A stretch of DNA of 24,000 bases, from contig NZ_CP055305.1 of NCBI RefSeq assembly GCF_013377995.1, forward strand, positions 983,394 to 1,007,393, written 5' to 3'. Positions 1 to 8,014 of this stretch are shown here, piece by piece. A model generated the notes under the pieces. It worked only from the letters and a program-made list of their open reading frames with translations. It was not told the origin of the DNA and did no database searches. This DNA is from Mannheimia pernigra. GTDB taxonomy: Bacteria > Pseudomonadota > Gammaproteobacteria > Enterobacterales > Pasteurellaceae. Every line of letters starts with the position of its first letter. Position 1 is the stretch's first letter. The position numbers and the translations under genes are program-made.

Positions 1-734
1 CTTGGACCTTCTGGAAGTTAATGTTTAACTACAGTGGTACATCGGTAATGTCTATGGGGGTAATGTTATTCCAACTTTATATGGCCGTCTTGCTTGTTTG
101 GATTGCTATTATGTTTAAAGATTGGGTGGCTGTTTTTATCAATCGTTATCTTCCATCATTAAAATTATTGTTAGGTTGGATTGATACGCTTGAGGCAAAA
201 CTCCTAAAACCGATTGAATTTATCTTATTTGTATTAGCCGCTGTACTCGGGGCGTATACAGGTTTCCTACTTTCAGCGTTAATTAGTTACCCAATGTTAA
301 ATAACCCTGTATTGCCAGCGTTATTCTTAGCTTCTGGTGCATCATCGGGTATTGCAGCAACATTCTTAATGGTGCTACTGGCTGGCAAATTATCAGGTGA
401 AAGCCACGAAATTTACTTTATGCACAAATTTGAAGTGCCTATTATGGTAACGGAACTCGGCTTAATTGTTGCGTTCTTCGTAGGATTACACTTTGGTGGA
501 GCAGATAAATCACTTGCTTTAACGAATGCACTTAGTGGCTTTTGGGGAACGCTTTTCTGGATTGGGGTAATGCTCATCGGTATTGCCATTCCGCTGATTG
601 CCAATATTTTTGGCAGCCATCGCTTAAAGCATAACGTAAAATTTATTATCTTGATTTCTGTTTTCGATTTAATCGGTGTACTCTGTTTACGTTACTTTAT
701 TCTTTACGCAGGGCAGCTTACTGTGGCAAGCTAA
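1..734 (+). CDS. nrfD: NrfD/PsrC-family integral membrane subunit of nitrite reductase, C-terminal part (5' end lies outside the window; frame is open from base 3)
   Basis: Polytopic hydrophobic protein ending in ...LRYFILYAGQ, which is typical of NrfD. It is followed directly by nrfE/dsbE/nrfF/nrfG-like genes. The frame stays open upstream of the listed ATG to the window edge. Confidence 0.75.
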   Translation, partial: WTFWKLMFNYSGTSVMSMGVMLFQLYMAVLLVWIAIMFKDWVAVFINRYLPSLKLLLGWIDTLEAKLLKPIEFILFVLAAVLGAYTGFLLSALISYPMLNNPVLPALFLASGASSGIAATFLMVLLAGKLSGESHEIYFMHKFEVPIMVTELGLIVAFFVGLHFGGADKSLALTNALSGFWGTLFWIGVMLIGIAIPLIANIFGSHRLKHNVKFIILISVFDLIGVLCLRYFILYAGQLTVAS

Positions 735-881
735 AGGCAACATTGAATAAAATCATTGTTATGGGAGCTAGTTCTTTTTTGAGATCTCGCTCCCCTCTTT
801 GCTAAAGAGGGAAATCTACTTGAGTGTATATTATATTCTTTGCTAATTTTTCTTCACAAGCGGTTATTTTTTGGATAATTT

Positions 882-2795
882 ATGCTACCTGAACTGGGCT
901 ATTTTTCACTTTTATTGGCAGCGATTACAGCCATTTTTCAAGTCAGTTTTGCGATATGGGGCGAAGTTCGTAAGCAATATCATTGGCTGGCGTTATCGTC
1001 TTTGTTTACCTATTTGCAAGCTGCTTTCATAAGCATTTCCTTTTTTGCCTTAGTTTGTGCTTTTTTAACTGATGATTTCTCCGTGATTTATGTTGCTGCT
1101 CACTCTAATATCCAACTTCCTCACTTTTTTAAATTTGCAGCCTCTTGGGGTGGACATGAAGGTTCAATGCTGTTTTGGCTTATGGCGTTAGTGCTTTGGT
1201 CAGCCGTATTTTGTACATTTTCCTCGAAAATTGACCGCTTGTTTGCTCATCGAACCTTAGTAATGCTTGGGCTAATTTCACTTGGTTTTTTGCTTTTTAT
1301 TTTATTTGTCTCTAATCCTTTTGAACGAGGCTTTCCACCGCCGCCAGAAGGACGAGATCTCAACCCAATGTTGCAAGATATTGGCTTGATTTTCCATCCT
1401 CCGTTGCTTTATTTAGGCTATGTTGGCTTTGCAGTGAGCTTTGCGATGATTGTCGCTGCGTTGATTTCAGGTGGAATGGATGCTGCCATAATGCGTTGGA
1501 TTCGCCCGTGGGCGATGATTTCGTGGGGATTTCTTACTGCGGGAATCCTTTTAGGGGCTTGGTGGGCGTATTATGAACTAGGATGGGGTGGCTGGTGGTT
1601 CTGGGATCCTGTTGAAAATGCTTCATTAATGCCCTGGTTGTTAGGTACTGCCCTTGTGCATAGTTTAATTGTAAGCCAGCAGCGTGGGGTGTTCTATTAC
1701 TGGACGATTTTACTCGCTATTTTTGCCTTTGCATTGAGCTTATTAGGCACATTTATTGTTCGCTCTGGTGTTTTAACGTCTGTTCACGCATTTGCCATTG
1801 ATCCTGATCGTGGAATGGCGTTGCTGATATTATTTTTCAGCCTCAGCTTTATCGCCTTAGCACTTTTTGCATTTAGAGCAACGTTATGGCAAGGCAAAGT
1901 TCAGTTTAATTTGCTGTCAAAAGAAACCGCCTTTCTGATGATTAACGGTTTATTCAGTGTAGCTGCTTGCGTCGTGTTATTGGGCACATTCTACCCAATG
2001 ATCTTCACTATGATGAACTGGGGCGCAATTTCAGTTGGAGCACCTTATTTCAATAGTGTGTTTGCCCCTCTTGCTTTATTGCTGATGATTATGATGAGCT
2101 TGGCGACTACGTTACGTTGGAAGCAGCTCCCAATCAAACAAATTTTAGTGAAATTATGGCTATTTCCAGTAGCATTTGCTATCGCTATAGGGCTGATTTA
2201 TCATTCTATTTCCACCCGACCGCATTTTGAGTTGGTGTTATTGCCAATTGTGTTTATAAGCCTTGCGATCTGGATTATTCTAACTCACATTCCCTATTTG
2301 CGATTTATGTTTAACATCCGCCCGCTTGCAATGCGATTAGCTCACATTGGCTTTGCAGTAGGCGTGGTTGGCGCAATGATGAACAGTTATTACGGCGATG
2401 AAATCGGCGTTCGCTTAAAAGTAGGTGAGCAGGCTGAATTAGCAGGTTATACTTTCAAATATGAAGATTACAATGATTTAATTGGCCCAAACTACACGGC
2501 TGAGCAAGCCGTTTTCTCGATTAGTAAAGAAGGTGAAACTCTCGCTAATGTGATGCCAGAAAGACGATATTATGATGTTCGTACGATGACAATGGCAGAA
2601 GTAGGGCTATACCACCACTATTTGGACGACATTTACATTGTAATGGGCGATAAATTTGGTCACCTAGAATATGCTTTCCGCCTACACTACAAGCCTTATG
2701 TACAAGCCCTGTGGCTTGGTGGGCTGATTATGATTTTAGGTGCATTGCTGGCGTTGTTGGGGTATTGCAGACCCTCTTTTTCAAATAAAGACTAA
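882..2795 (+). CDS. nrfE: CcmF/NrfE-family cytochrome c heme lyase membrane subunit
   Basis: 637 aa polytopic protein with a Trp-rich WGGWWFWDPVENASLMPWL motif (the CcmF WWD-type heme-handling motif). It lies downstream of nrfD. Confidence 0.85.
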   Translation: MLPELGYFSLLLAAITAIFQVSFAIWGEVRKQYHWLALSSLFTYLQAAFISISFFALVCAFLTDDFSVIYVAAHSNIQLPHFFKFAASWGGHEGSMLFWLMALVLWSAVFCTFSSKIDRLFAHRTLVMLGLISLGFLLFILFVSNPFERGFPPPPEGRDLNPMLQDIGLIFHPPLLYLGYVGFAVSFAMIVAALISGGMDAAIMRWIRPWAMISWGFLTAGILLGAWWAYYELGWGGWWFWDPVENASLMPWLLGTALVHSLIVSQQRGVFYYWTILLAIFAFALSLLGTFIVRSGVLTSVHAFAIDPDRGMALLILFFSLSFIALALFAFRATLWQGKVQFNLLSKETAFLMINGLFSVAACVVLLGTFYPMIFTMMNWGAISVGAPYFNSVFAPLALLLMIMMSLATTLRWKQLPIKQILVKLWLFPVAFAIAIGLIYHSISTRPHFELVLLPIVFISLAIWIILTHIPYLRFMFNIRPLAMRLAHIGFAVGVVGAMMNSYYGDEIGVRLKVGEQAELAGYTFKYEDYNDLIGPNYTAEQAVFSISKEGETLANVMPERRYYDVRTMTMAEVGLYHHYLDDIYIVMGDKFGHLEYAFRLHYKPYVQALWLGGLIMILGALLALLGYCRPSFSNKD

Positions 2796-2798
2796 AAA

Positions 2799-3332
2799 AT
2801 GAAGAAAATATTTTTACTGATTCCGCTGTGTCTCCTGATTGCCATTGTAGGCTTTCTTTCTGTTCCACTCATAAATAAAGATGCCCTTTCTCCAACGGAA
2901 GATTGGCAGGGCAAGCCATTTCCAGAATTTGTGGGCAAGAATTTGCTCGATAGCAACGCCCATTTGAACAATAACAGCCTACCGAAAGAGCCTTATATTC
3001 TCAATGTGTGGGCGAGCTGGTGTACTTGGTGCATTAAAGAATTTCCAATTTTGTTAGAACTAAAACAGCGAGGCGTACCGATTGTCGGCTTAACCTACAG
3101 CGATCGCCCAAATGATGCACTGAAAGCGTTAGAAAATTGGGGAAATCCGTTTAGCCTAATTATTGATGACTACGAAAAAGGCGTTTTAATTCAAATGCTT
3201 AAGGTTTCTTCAGCACCTTCAACTTATTTGATAGATCGTAACGGCATTGTGCGTTACCAGCAAAAAGGCTACAACCCTGATTTTGCCCAAGATTTTTTGC
3301 CAAAGTTAGAGGTGCTACGTAATGAAAAGTAA
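2799..3332 (+). CDS. dsbE: DsbE/CcmG-family periplasmic thiol:disulfide oxidoreductase
   Basis: N-terminal membrane anchor and a thioredoxin-type active site WASWCTWC (CxxC). It sits between the nrfE- and nrfF-like genes, 3 nt after the nrfE stop. Confidence 0.8.
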   Translation: MKKIFLLIPLCLLIAIVGFLSVPLINKDALSPTEDWQGKPFPEFVGKNLLDSNAHLNNNSLPKEPYILNVWASWCTWCIKEFPILLELKQRGVPIVGLTYSDRPNDALKALENWGNPFSLIIDDYEKGVLIQMLKVSSAPSTYLIDRNGIVRYQQKGYNPDFAQDFLPKLEVLRNEK

Positions 3333-3741
3333 GCGGTCATTTTTGCAAAAAATTTGGCTAATTCTACCGCTTGTATTTGGTATGGCTGCCATAGTTCAAG
3401 CGGATATGGTGGATACCTTTCAATTTAAAAATGAGGCAGACCGAGTGAGGGCAATCTCACTTGCTCGCGCTTTACGCTGCTTACAGTGCCAAAACCAAAA
3501 TTTGGTTGAATCGAACGCGACTGCAGCTTATAACTTGCGGATTGAAGTTTATGAAATGGTGAGTGAGGGGAAAAGCAATGAGGAAATTATCCGCATTATG
3601 ACGGACCGCTTCGGTAATTTTGTAAATTATAACCCACCACTTACGTCACAAACTTGGGTACTTTGGGGTTTACCTGTTGGGCTATTTAGTTTGTTATTTC
3701 TTGCCATTTTATGGCGAACCCGAAAAAAAGAAATGAAATAA
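3322..3741 (+). CDS. nrfF: CcmH/NrfF-family cytochrome c maturation protein
   Basis: Signal peptide, LRCLQCQNQ (the CcmH LRCxxC motif) and a C-terminal TM helix. The start overlaps the dsbE stop. Confidence 0.8.
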   Translation: MKSKRSFLQKIWLILPLVFGMAAIVQADMVDTFQFKNEADRVRAISLARALRCLQCQNQNLVESNATAAYNLRIEVYEMVSEGKSNEEIIRIMTDRFGNFVNYNPPLTSQTWVLWGLPVGLFSLLFLAILWRTRKKEMK

Positions 3742-3752
3742 GAGTAAATATA

Positions 3753-4520
3753 ATGGAAAGTCGCGATCAATTAAGCAGAGAAAATTACCAACAAGCGGTC
3801 AAATTTGCTCAACAGTTTGCAGATGATGTGAAGCAAGAATATGAGCGTGAGGCAGAGCAGCGTTACCAGTTCGAGAAAGCTCAATTTGAACAAAGTGAGT
3901 TGCAAAATAATGCTAAAAAGCGACCGCTTGCTAGAATGACAACACTTTCACTTCTTGCAATTTTATTGTTAGGCGTTGCTTACTATAGTTTCTCAGGGCG
4001 TTATCAAGTTGTACAAGAAGGCTTGAACGTCCACAAAGATTTTCAGCAACAAATGAGTGAAGCTCACGGCACGTCAAAAAATGAACGCTACATTATCAGC
4101 CTACAAAATCAGTTAAGAGAGAACCCCAATAATGGCGACTTGTGGTATGAGCTAGGGCAGGCTTATGTGTTAAGTAATGACTTCGATTCAGCCTTAGTTT
4201 GCTATGACAATGCTCAAAAACTACTCGGTAAAAAAGCGGCGATTTTAGGCGCAATCGCAACGGCTCGTTATTATGATAATGGGCAGAAAATGAACAAAGA
4301 AATCAGTGCAATGATTGATGAAGCATTGAGCTTAGATAAGAATGAAAGTGCCAGTTTGTTGTTACGAGCTTCAGATGGCTTTTTAAATAATAACTACCAA
4401 CAAGCACTAGATTATTGGCGAAAAGTGTTAGATGGAAACGATAATGCAATTAATCGCCGAGCCATCATTCAAAGTATGGAGATGACGAGGCAGATCTTGG
4501 AAGGGCAACAAGGAAAATAA
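3753..4520 (+). CDS. nrfG: NrfG/CcmI-like TPR protein for cytochrome c (NrfA) maturation
   Basis: Charged N-terminus, one TM helix (LSLLAILLLGVAYYSF) and TPR-like repeats (DLWYELGQAYVLSNDFDSALVCYDNA). The ATG at 3753 lies 12 nt after the nrfF stop, so I prefer it to the ORF-track start at 3711, which is inside nrfF. Confidence 0.65.
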   Translation: MESRDQLSRENYQQAVKFAQQFADDVKQEYEREAEQRYQFEKAQFEQSELQNNAKKRPLARMTTLSLLAILLLGVAYYSFSGRYQVVQEGLNVHKDFQQQMSEAHGTSKNERYIISLQNQLRENPNNGDLWYELGQAYVLSNDFDSALVCYDNAQKLLGKKAAILGAIATARYYDNGQKMNKEISAMIDEALSLDKNESASLLLRASDGFLNNNYQQALDYWRKVLDGNDNAINRRAIIQSMEMTRQILEGQQGK

Positions 4521-4609
4521 ATATAAGTGGTATTTTTCTAGAGATGTTGAACATGACGAACAAAAAGCAGCGTCTAAATTCCTATTTAAACGATGTTTTA
4601 TTTTGAAAA

Positions 4610-4641
4610 TCAATTCATCAATTCATCAATTCATCAATTCA
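4610..4641. repeat. Four perfect tandem copies of the 8-bp unit TCAATTCA, plus a partial fifth copy to about 4652
   Basis: Read directly: tcaattca x4. The stop codon of the minus-strand NMO-like gene (4626-4628) lies inside copy 3. Confidence 0.9.
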
Positions 4642-5573
4642 TCAATCAATTCTTGTACGCTTTTGATTTTGTCAATTTGTGATATGCCTGTACCCACCGA
4701 CACATAGCCATTATCAAAATCGCCTTCTAGCATACCCAAACGCATTCCCGTGCCTGCATTCATAACGACTGCAATCTCGCTACGGCTCGCCCCATTTTCA
4801 CTAAGTTCAAAGCATTTTTGGGCAAGTGTGGTTGGCAATGAGCGGTAATAATACGGCTCGGTGCGAAACAATAACAAATCATTAGCCGTTGAATTGACAA
4901 TCCATTCTTTGACTTTTTGATGGCTTCGGCACTCGGTTGTGGCGATAAACGCTGTGCCAACCCACACACCTTCTGCCCCTAGTACCAAACTTGCTTGCAC
5001 CGCTTTTTTGTCGCCAATGCCCCCTGCAAGCATTATGGGCAAATCCACCTTACCGACAAACTCTGCCAAAACGCTAAAACTGCCCACTTCTTTCATCGGC
5101 AAAGTTCCGCCTTCGTCAAAGCCTGTCAAAACCAAAATATCCGCCCCAAGTTTTTGGGCTTTTAGGGCATCGGTCAAATTGGGATTGGGCAGACGGCAGA
5201 TGATTTTGATGCCCGCAGTTTTGAGTTTGGCGTAAATGGCAGGGTCAAGCCAGCCGTTGTCCAGCACCACAGGCACACTCTCGTCAATCAGCAAATCCAC
5301 CATTAAGGGAATGAGCGACAAATCATAAGACAGCATAAACGGCACGCCAAAGGGCTTATCGGTCAAGGCTTTGACCTTATGGATTTCGTTACGCATACGC
5401 TCTAAAACTTCTTCGTTGGAGCTTGGGTTGGTCGTCTGCCCTGCGTGTGGGGCTAAAAAGCCCAGTCCGCCAGCGTCCGCCACGCTTGCCACCAGATGAG
5501 CGTCCGTCAGCCACGACATTGGGGCTTGGACAATGGGGTGTTTGATGTTTAAGATTTGGCTAATGCGGTTCAT
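4626..5573 (-). CDS. Nitronate monooxygenase / FabK-like FMN-dependent oxidoreductase (NMO/NPD family)
   Basis: 315 aa. N-terminal IKHPIVQAPMSW..AGGLGFL, central DKPFGV, and C-terminal LAGGIGD...LGAEGVWVGTAF match the TIM-barrel NMO/FabK layout. Confidence 0.7.
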   Translation of the reverse strand: MNRISQILNIKHPIVQAPMSWLTDAHLVASVADAGGLGFLAPHAGQTTNPSSNEEVLERMRNEIHKVKALTDKPFGVPFMLSYDLSLIPLMVDLLIDESVPVVLDNGWLDPAIYAKLKTAGIKIICRLPNPNLTDALKAQKLGADILVLTGFDEGGTLPMKEVGSFSVLAEFVGKVDLPIMLAGGIGDKKAVQASLVLGAEGVWVGTAFIATTECRSHQKVKEWIVNSTANDLLLFRTEPYYYRSLPTTLAQKCFELSENGASRSEIAVVMNAGTGMRLGMLEGDFDNGYVSVGTGISQIDKIKSVQELIDELMN

Positions 5574-5657
5574 AAAATTGCTCTGTTTGGTTGGAATGGG
5601 GGTATTATAAGATTTAAAAACTGGTAAGGGAATGGCGGTTTTTGGAAAGGTGGTTTT
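5571..5657. repeat. 87-bp direct repeat, copy 1 (partner at 11749-11835). It covers the start codon and upstream region of the NMO-like gene.
   Basis: Hand alignment gives 78/87 identities. The last 74 bp have only 4 mismatches. On the minus strand it contains a perfect TATAAT. Confidence 0.85.
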
Positions 5658-5671
5658 CGTTTTTGGAAATA

Positions 5672-5716
5672 TTATTTTCAGACTGCCTGAAAGTTTTTAA
5701 AATAAAAACACCGCTT
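5672..5716. repeat. 45-bp composite intergenic element, copy A: DUS-like near-palindrome TTTCAGACTGCCTGAAA plus the AAAAACACCGCT terminator arm (partner at 10202-10246)
   Basis: ttattttcagactgcctgaaagtttttaaaataaaaacaccgctt differs from the 10202-10246 copy at 2 of 45 positions. Confidence 0.85.
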
Positions 5717-5736
5717 TATCAAAAACGGTGCTTTTG
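5705..5736 (-). terminator. Rho-independent terminator downstream of the DUF305 gene
   Basis: The minus strand reads CACCGTTTT-TGAT-AAAGCGGTG followed by TTTTTATTTT (about 9 bp of stem including one G-U pair). Confidence 0.55.
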
Positions 5737-5747
5737 CCTTATTGCCC

Positions 5748-6491
5748 CTACTGTTTTAGCCAATCTTCCATCAGCTTAATTTCAGGCTCTTGGGCATTGA
5801 TGATTTGCTTTGCTAAATCTTGCATTGCTTTATCTTTGCCGTATTCTAATTGCACTTTTGCCATATTGACCGCTCCCTTGTGGTGGGGAATCATCGCTTT
5901 GGCAAAGGCGACATCAGGGTCGGTCTCATAAATTGCCGTCATCATTTCGCTGTGTGAATTGTCCAAGGCATAGGCTTTGGCGTGTGGGGCGTTGGCGTTT
6001 TGGGTGGTCGTGTCTTTGCCATTCAGCCAGCCATTCATCAAGTCAATTTCGGCTTGTTGCCCATCAATAATCGCTTGGGCAAGTTTTCTCATTGTTTCAT
6101 CTTTACCATATTCAAGCTGTACTTTTGCCATCTCAACTGCTCCGATATGGTGCGGAATCATACCTTTGGCAAAAGCAGTATCAGCATCGGCAAGATTGCC
6201 CGCTTTGCTCATCTCATCGCCCATCTTGTTCATCATTGCAAGATAGGCTTGGGTATGGGGCGGAGCATTTTGAGTGTCCATCGCCATAGCAGAGTGGTTC
6301 ATATTAGCGTGGTTCATCTCTGCGTGCCCGTTTTGGTTATTTGGGCTGTCGTGGGTGGTTTGGGTGTGGTTATTGTCGCCTACCATCGAGTGCGTCGGCA
6401 CTTCGTTTTTGCCGTCGGCACAAGCGGTTAAAGTCGCCAAAATAAGGGCAAGGGCAGATAATTGTACGGCACGGTTTTTAAACATTTTCAT
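5748..6491 (-). CDS. DUF305-family lipoprotein with a His/Met-rich N-terminal region (putative periplasmic copper/metal-binding protein)
   Basis: Two DUF305 half-repeats (AFAKGMIPHHIGAVEMAKVQLEYGKD... and AFAKAMIPHHKGAVNMAKVQLEYGKD...). Lipobox LATLTAC. His/Met-rich stretch HAEMNHANMNHSAMAM. The ATG at 6491 is preceded by AAGGAAA and is preferred to the ORF-track start at 6551. Confidence 0.75.
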   Translation of the reverse strand: MKMFKNRAVQLSALALILATLTACADGKNEVPTHSMVGDNNHTQTTHDSPNNQNGHAEMNHANMNHSAMAMDTQNAPPHTQAYLAMMNKMGDEMSKAGNLADADTAFAKGMIPHHIGAVEMAKVQLEYGKDETMRKLAQAIIDGQQAEIDLMNGWLNGKDTTTQNANAPHAKAYALDNSHSEMMTAIYETDPDVAFAKAMIPHHKGAVNMAKVQLEYGKDKAMQDLAKQIINAQEPEIKLMEDWLKQ

Positions 6492-6524
6492 TACAGTTTT
6501 CCTTATCAAAATGGGATTTGGCAA

Positions 6525-6554
6525 ACATTGGGCAAACATAAGTCCGCCCAATGT
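6525..6554. terminator. Intergenic hairpin between the Cys-rich gene and the DUF305 gene (possible attenuator or partial terminator)
   Basis: ACATTGGGC (6525-6533) pairs with GCCCAATGT (6546-6554): a 9-bp perfect stem with a 12-nt loop. T-rich sequence follows on both strands. Confidence 0.35.
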
Positions 6555-6568
6555 TTTTAGCTAATCAA

Positions 6569-6712
6569 TTACTTGCAATCACAATCGCCACAAGTGCAGT
6601 TTTGACAAATGCACGGCTCGCCATTTTGGCAGTTGCATTTTGGATTGCAATTTTGCCCTGTGCAAGATTGGCAACCGCAGTGGGCGTTTGGGTTTTTGAT
6701 GATGTCGTTCAT
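6569..6712 (-). CDS. 47-aa cysteine-rich protein, metallothionein-like (12 Cys, five CxC motifs)
   Basis: MNDIIKNPNAHCGCQSCTGQNCNPKCNCQNGEPCICQNCTCGDCDCK. The ATG at 6712 is preceded by GGAGA with a 6-nt spacer. It lies directly upstream of, and co-oriented with, the DUF305 gene. Confidence 0.6.
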   Translation of the reverse strand: MNDIIKNPNAHCGCQSCTGQNCNPKCNCQNGEPCICQNCTCGDCDCK

Positions 6713-6733
6713 AACAATTCTCCAAATTAAAGG

Positions 6734-7297
6734 TTGATTATCAAAACAAAAACCGTTTTTAAACCCATTAATAAAAAAATGCCATTTAAAACGGTCACTT
6801 TTGCACAAGCAACAACCAATGATGGTCAATCCTTATTAGCGGTTAATGACTTATTTATTGGCCCTAAAAGCCACACTTCCGCACAGTATATTTTGCAATG
6901 GAATGGCGCTGAAGAAGTGCAATCTTCATCAGGCATTATTGTATCAACAGGATTGGGATCAACGGGGTGGTTTCAATCTATTCTTGCTGGTGCGATGGCA
7001 ATTACAGGAGAAGCTTCGCACCCTCTATTACAAGGCTTTAGCTGGAGTGATCGAAAGCTACAATTTAGTGTAAGAGAGCCATTTCCAAGTAGAACAACAG
7101 GTGTTGCACTGACTTTTGGCACTATTGAGCCTGACTCACCACTGCAATTAGGATCTTTGATGCCAGAGAATGGCGTAATTTTCTCTGATGGCATCGAAGA
7201 TGACTATTTACAATTTAATGCAGGTTGTATTGCTCACATTGGTATCGCTGACATACAAGGGCAACTAATTAGCCAAAAAGGGCGTCAGCGAATTTAG
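6734..7297 (+). pseudogene. 5'-truncated NAD kinase-like (ATP-NAD kinase family) gene; only the C-terminal domain is retained
   Basis: LLAVNDLFIG...SSGIIVSTGLGSTGW resembles the NadK C-terminal motif (NE..., GDG.IVSTPTGSTAY). The N-terminal GGDG-containing half is missing. The first ~20 codons of the ORF are AT-rich junction sequence. Confidence 0.55.
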
Positions 7298-7299
7298 AT

Positions 7300-7926
<627 letters not shown>

Positions 7927-7947
7927 CTACCTCAAAATAAAATAGCC

Positions 7948-8000
7948 TTGACAATCTATCACTGATAGAGATATATTACACCCACTCCATCACTGATAGA
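7948..8000. promoter_or_regulatory. tet control region: TTGACA(7948-7953)-N18-TATATT(7972-7977) promoter with two tetO operators
   Basis: tetO-like palindromes TCTATCACTGATAGA (7955-7969) and TCCATCACTGATAGA (7986-8000) lie between divergent tetR and tetA. Confidence 0.85.
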
Positions 8001-8014
8001 TTTTTAGGATCTCA

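Noticed and set aside
793-811. The hairpin CCCTCTTT-gct-AAAGAGGG (with a second weaker stem at 764-796) in the nrfD-nrfE spacer, considered as a terminator.
   Set aside because: No T-run follows on either strand, and nrfE must be co-transcribed or transcribed just downstream. It is more likely an mRNA stability or processing element. I have too little evidence to call it.
3711-3752. The upstream start (ATG 3711) for nrfG given by the ORF track.
   Set aside because: It lies 31 nt inside nrfF and adds a non-conserved basic tail. The ATG at 3753 follows the nrfF stop by 12 nt. This is not decisive, so the nrfG start remains uncertain.
4428-4613. A 61-aa minus-strand ORF overlapping the 3' end of nrfG and the left junction.
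   Set aside because: It is antisense to nrfG over most of its length, has no RBS and gives a low-complexity translation.
5728-6564. Several plus-strand ORFs (5728-5931, 5977-6246, 5982-6431, 6092-6289, 6274-6564) lying opposite the DUF305 gene.
   Set aside because: They are antisense shadows of a well-supported minus-strand CDS, with low-complexity translations, no RBS and no recognisable motifs.
6569-6829. The 86-aa ORF-track version of the Cys-rich gene (MTIIGCCLCKSDRF...).
   Set aside because: The N-terminal 39 codons run through AT-rich junction sequence and overlap the plus-strand kinase remnant. The internal ATG at 6712 has a proper GGAGA RBS and gives a compact 47-aa Cys-rich product.
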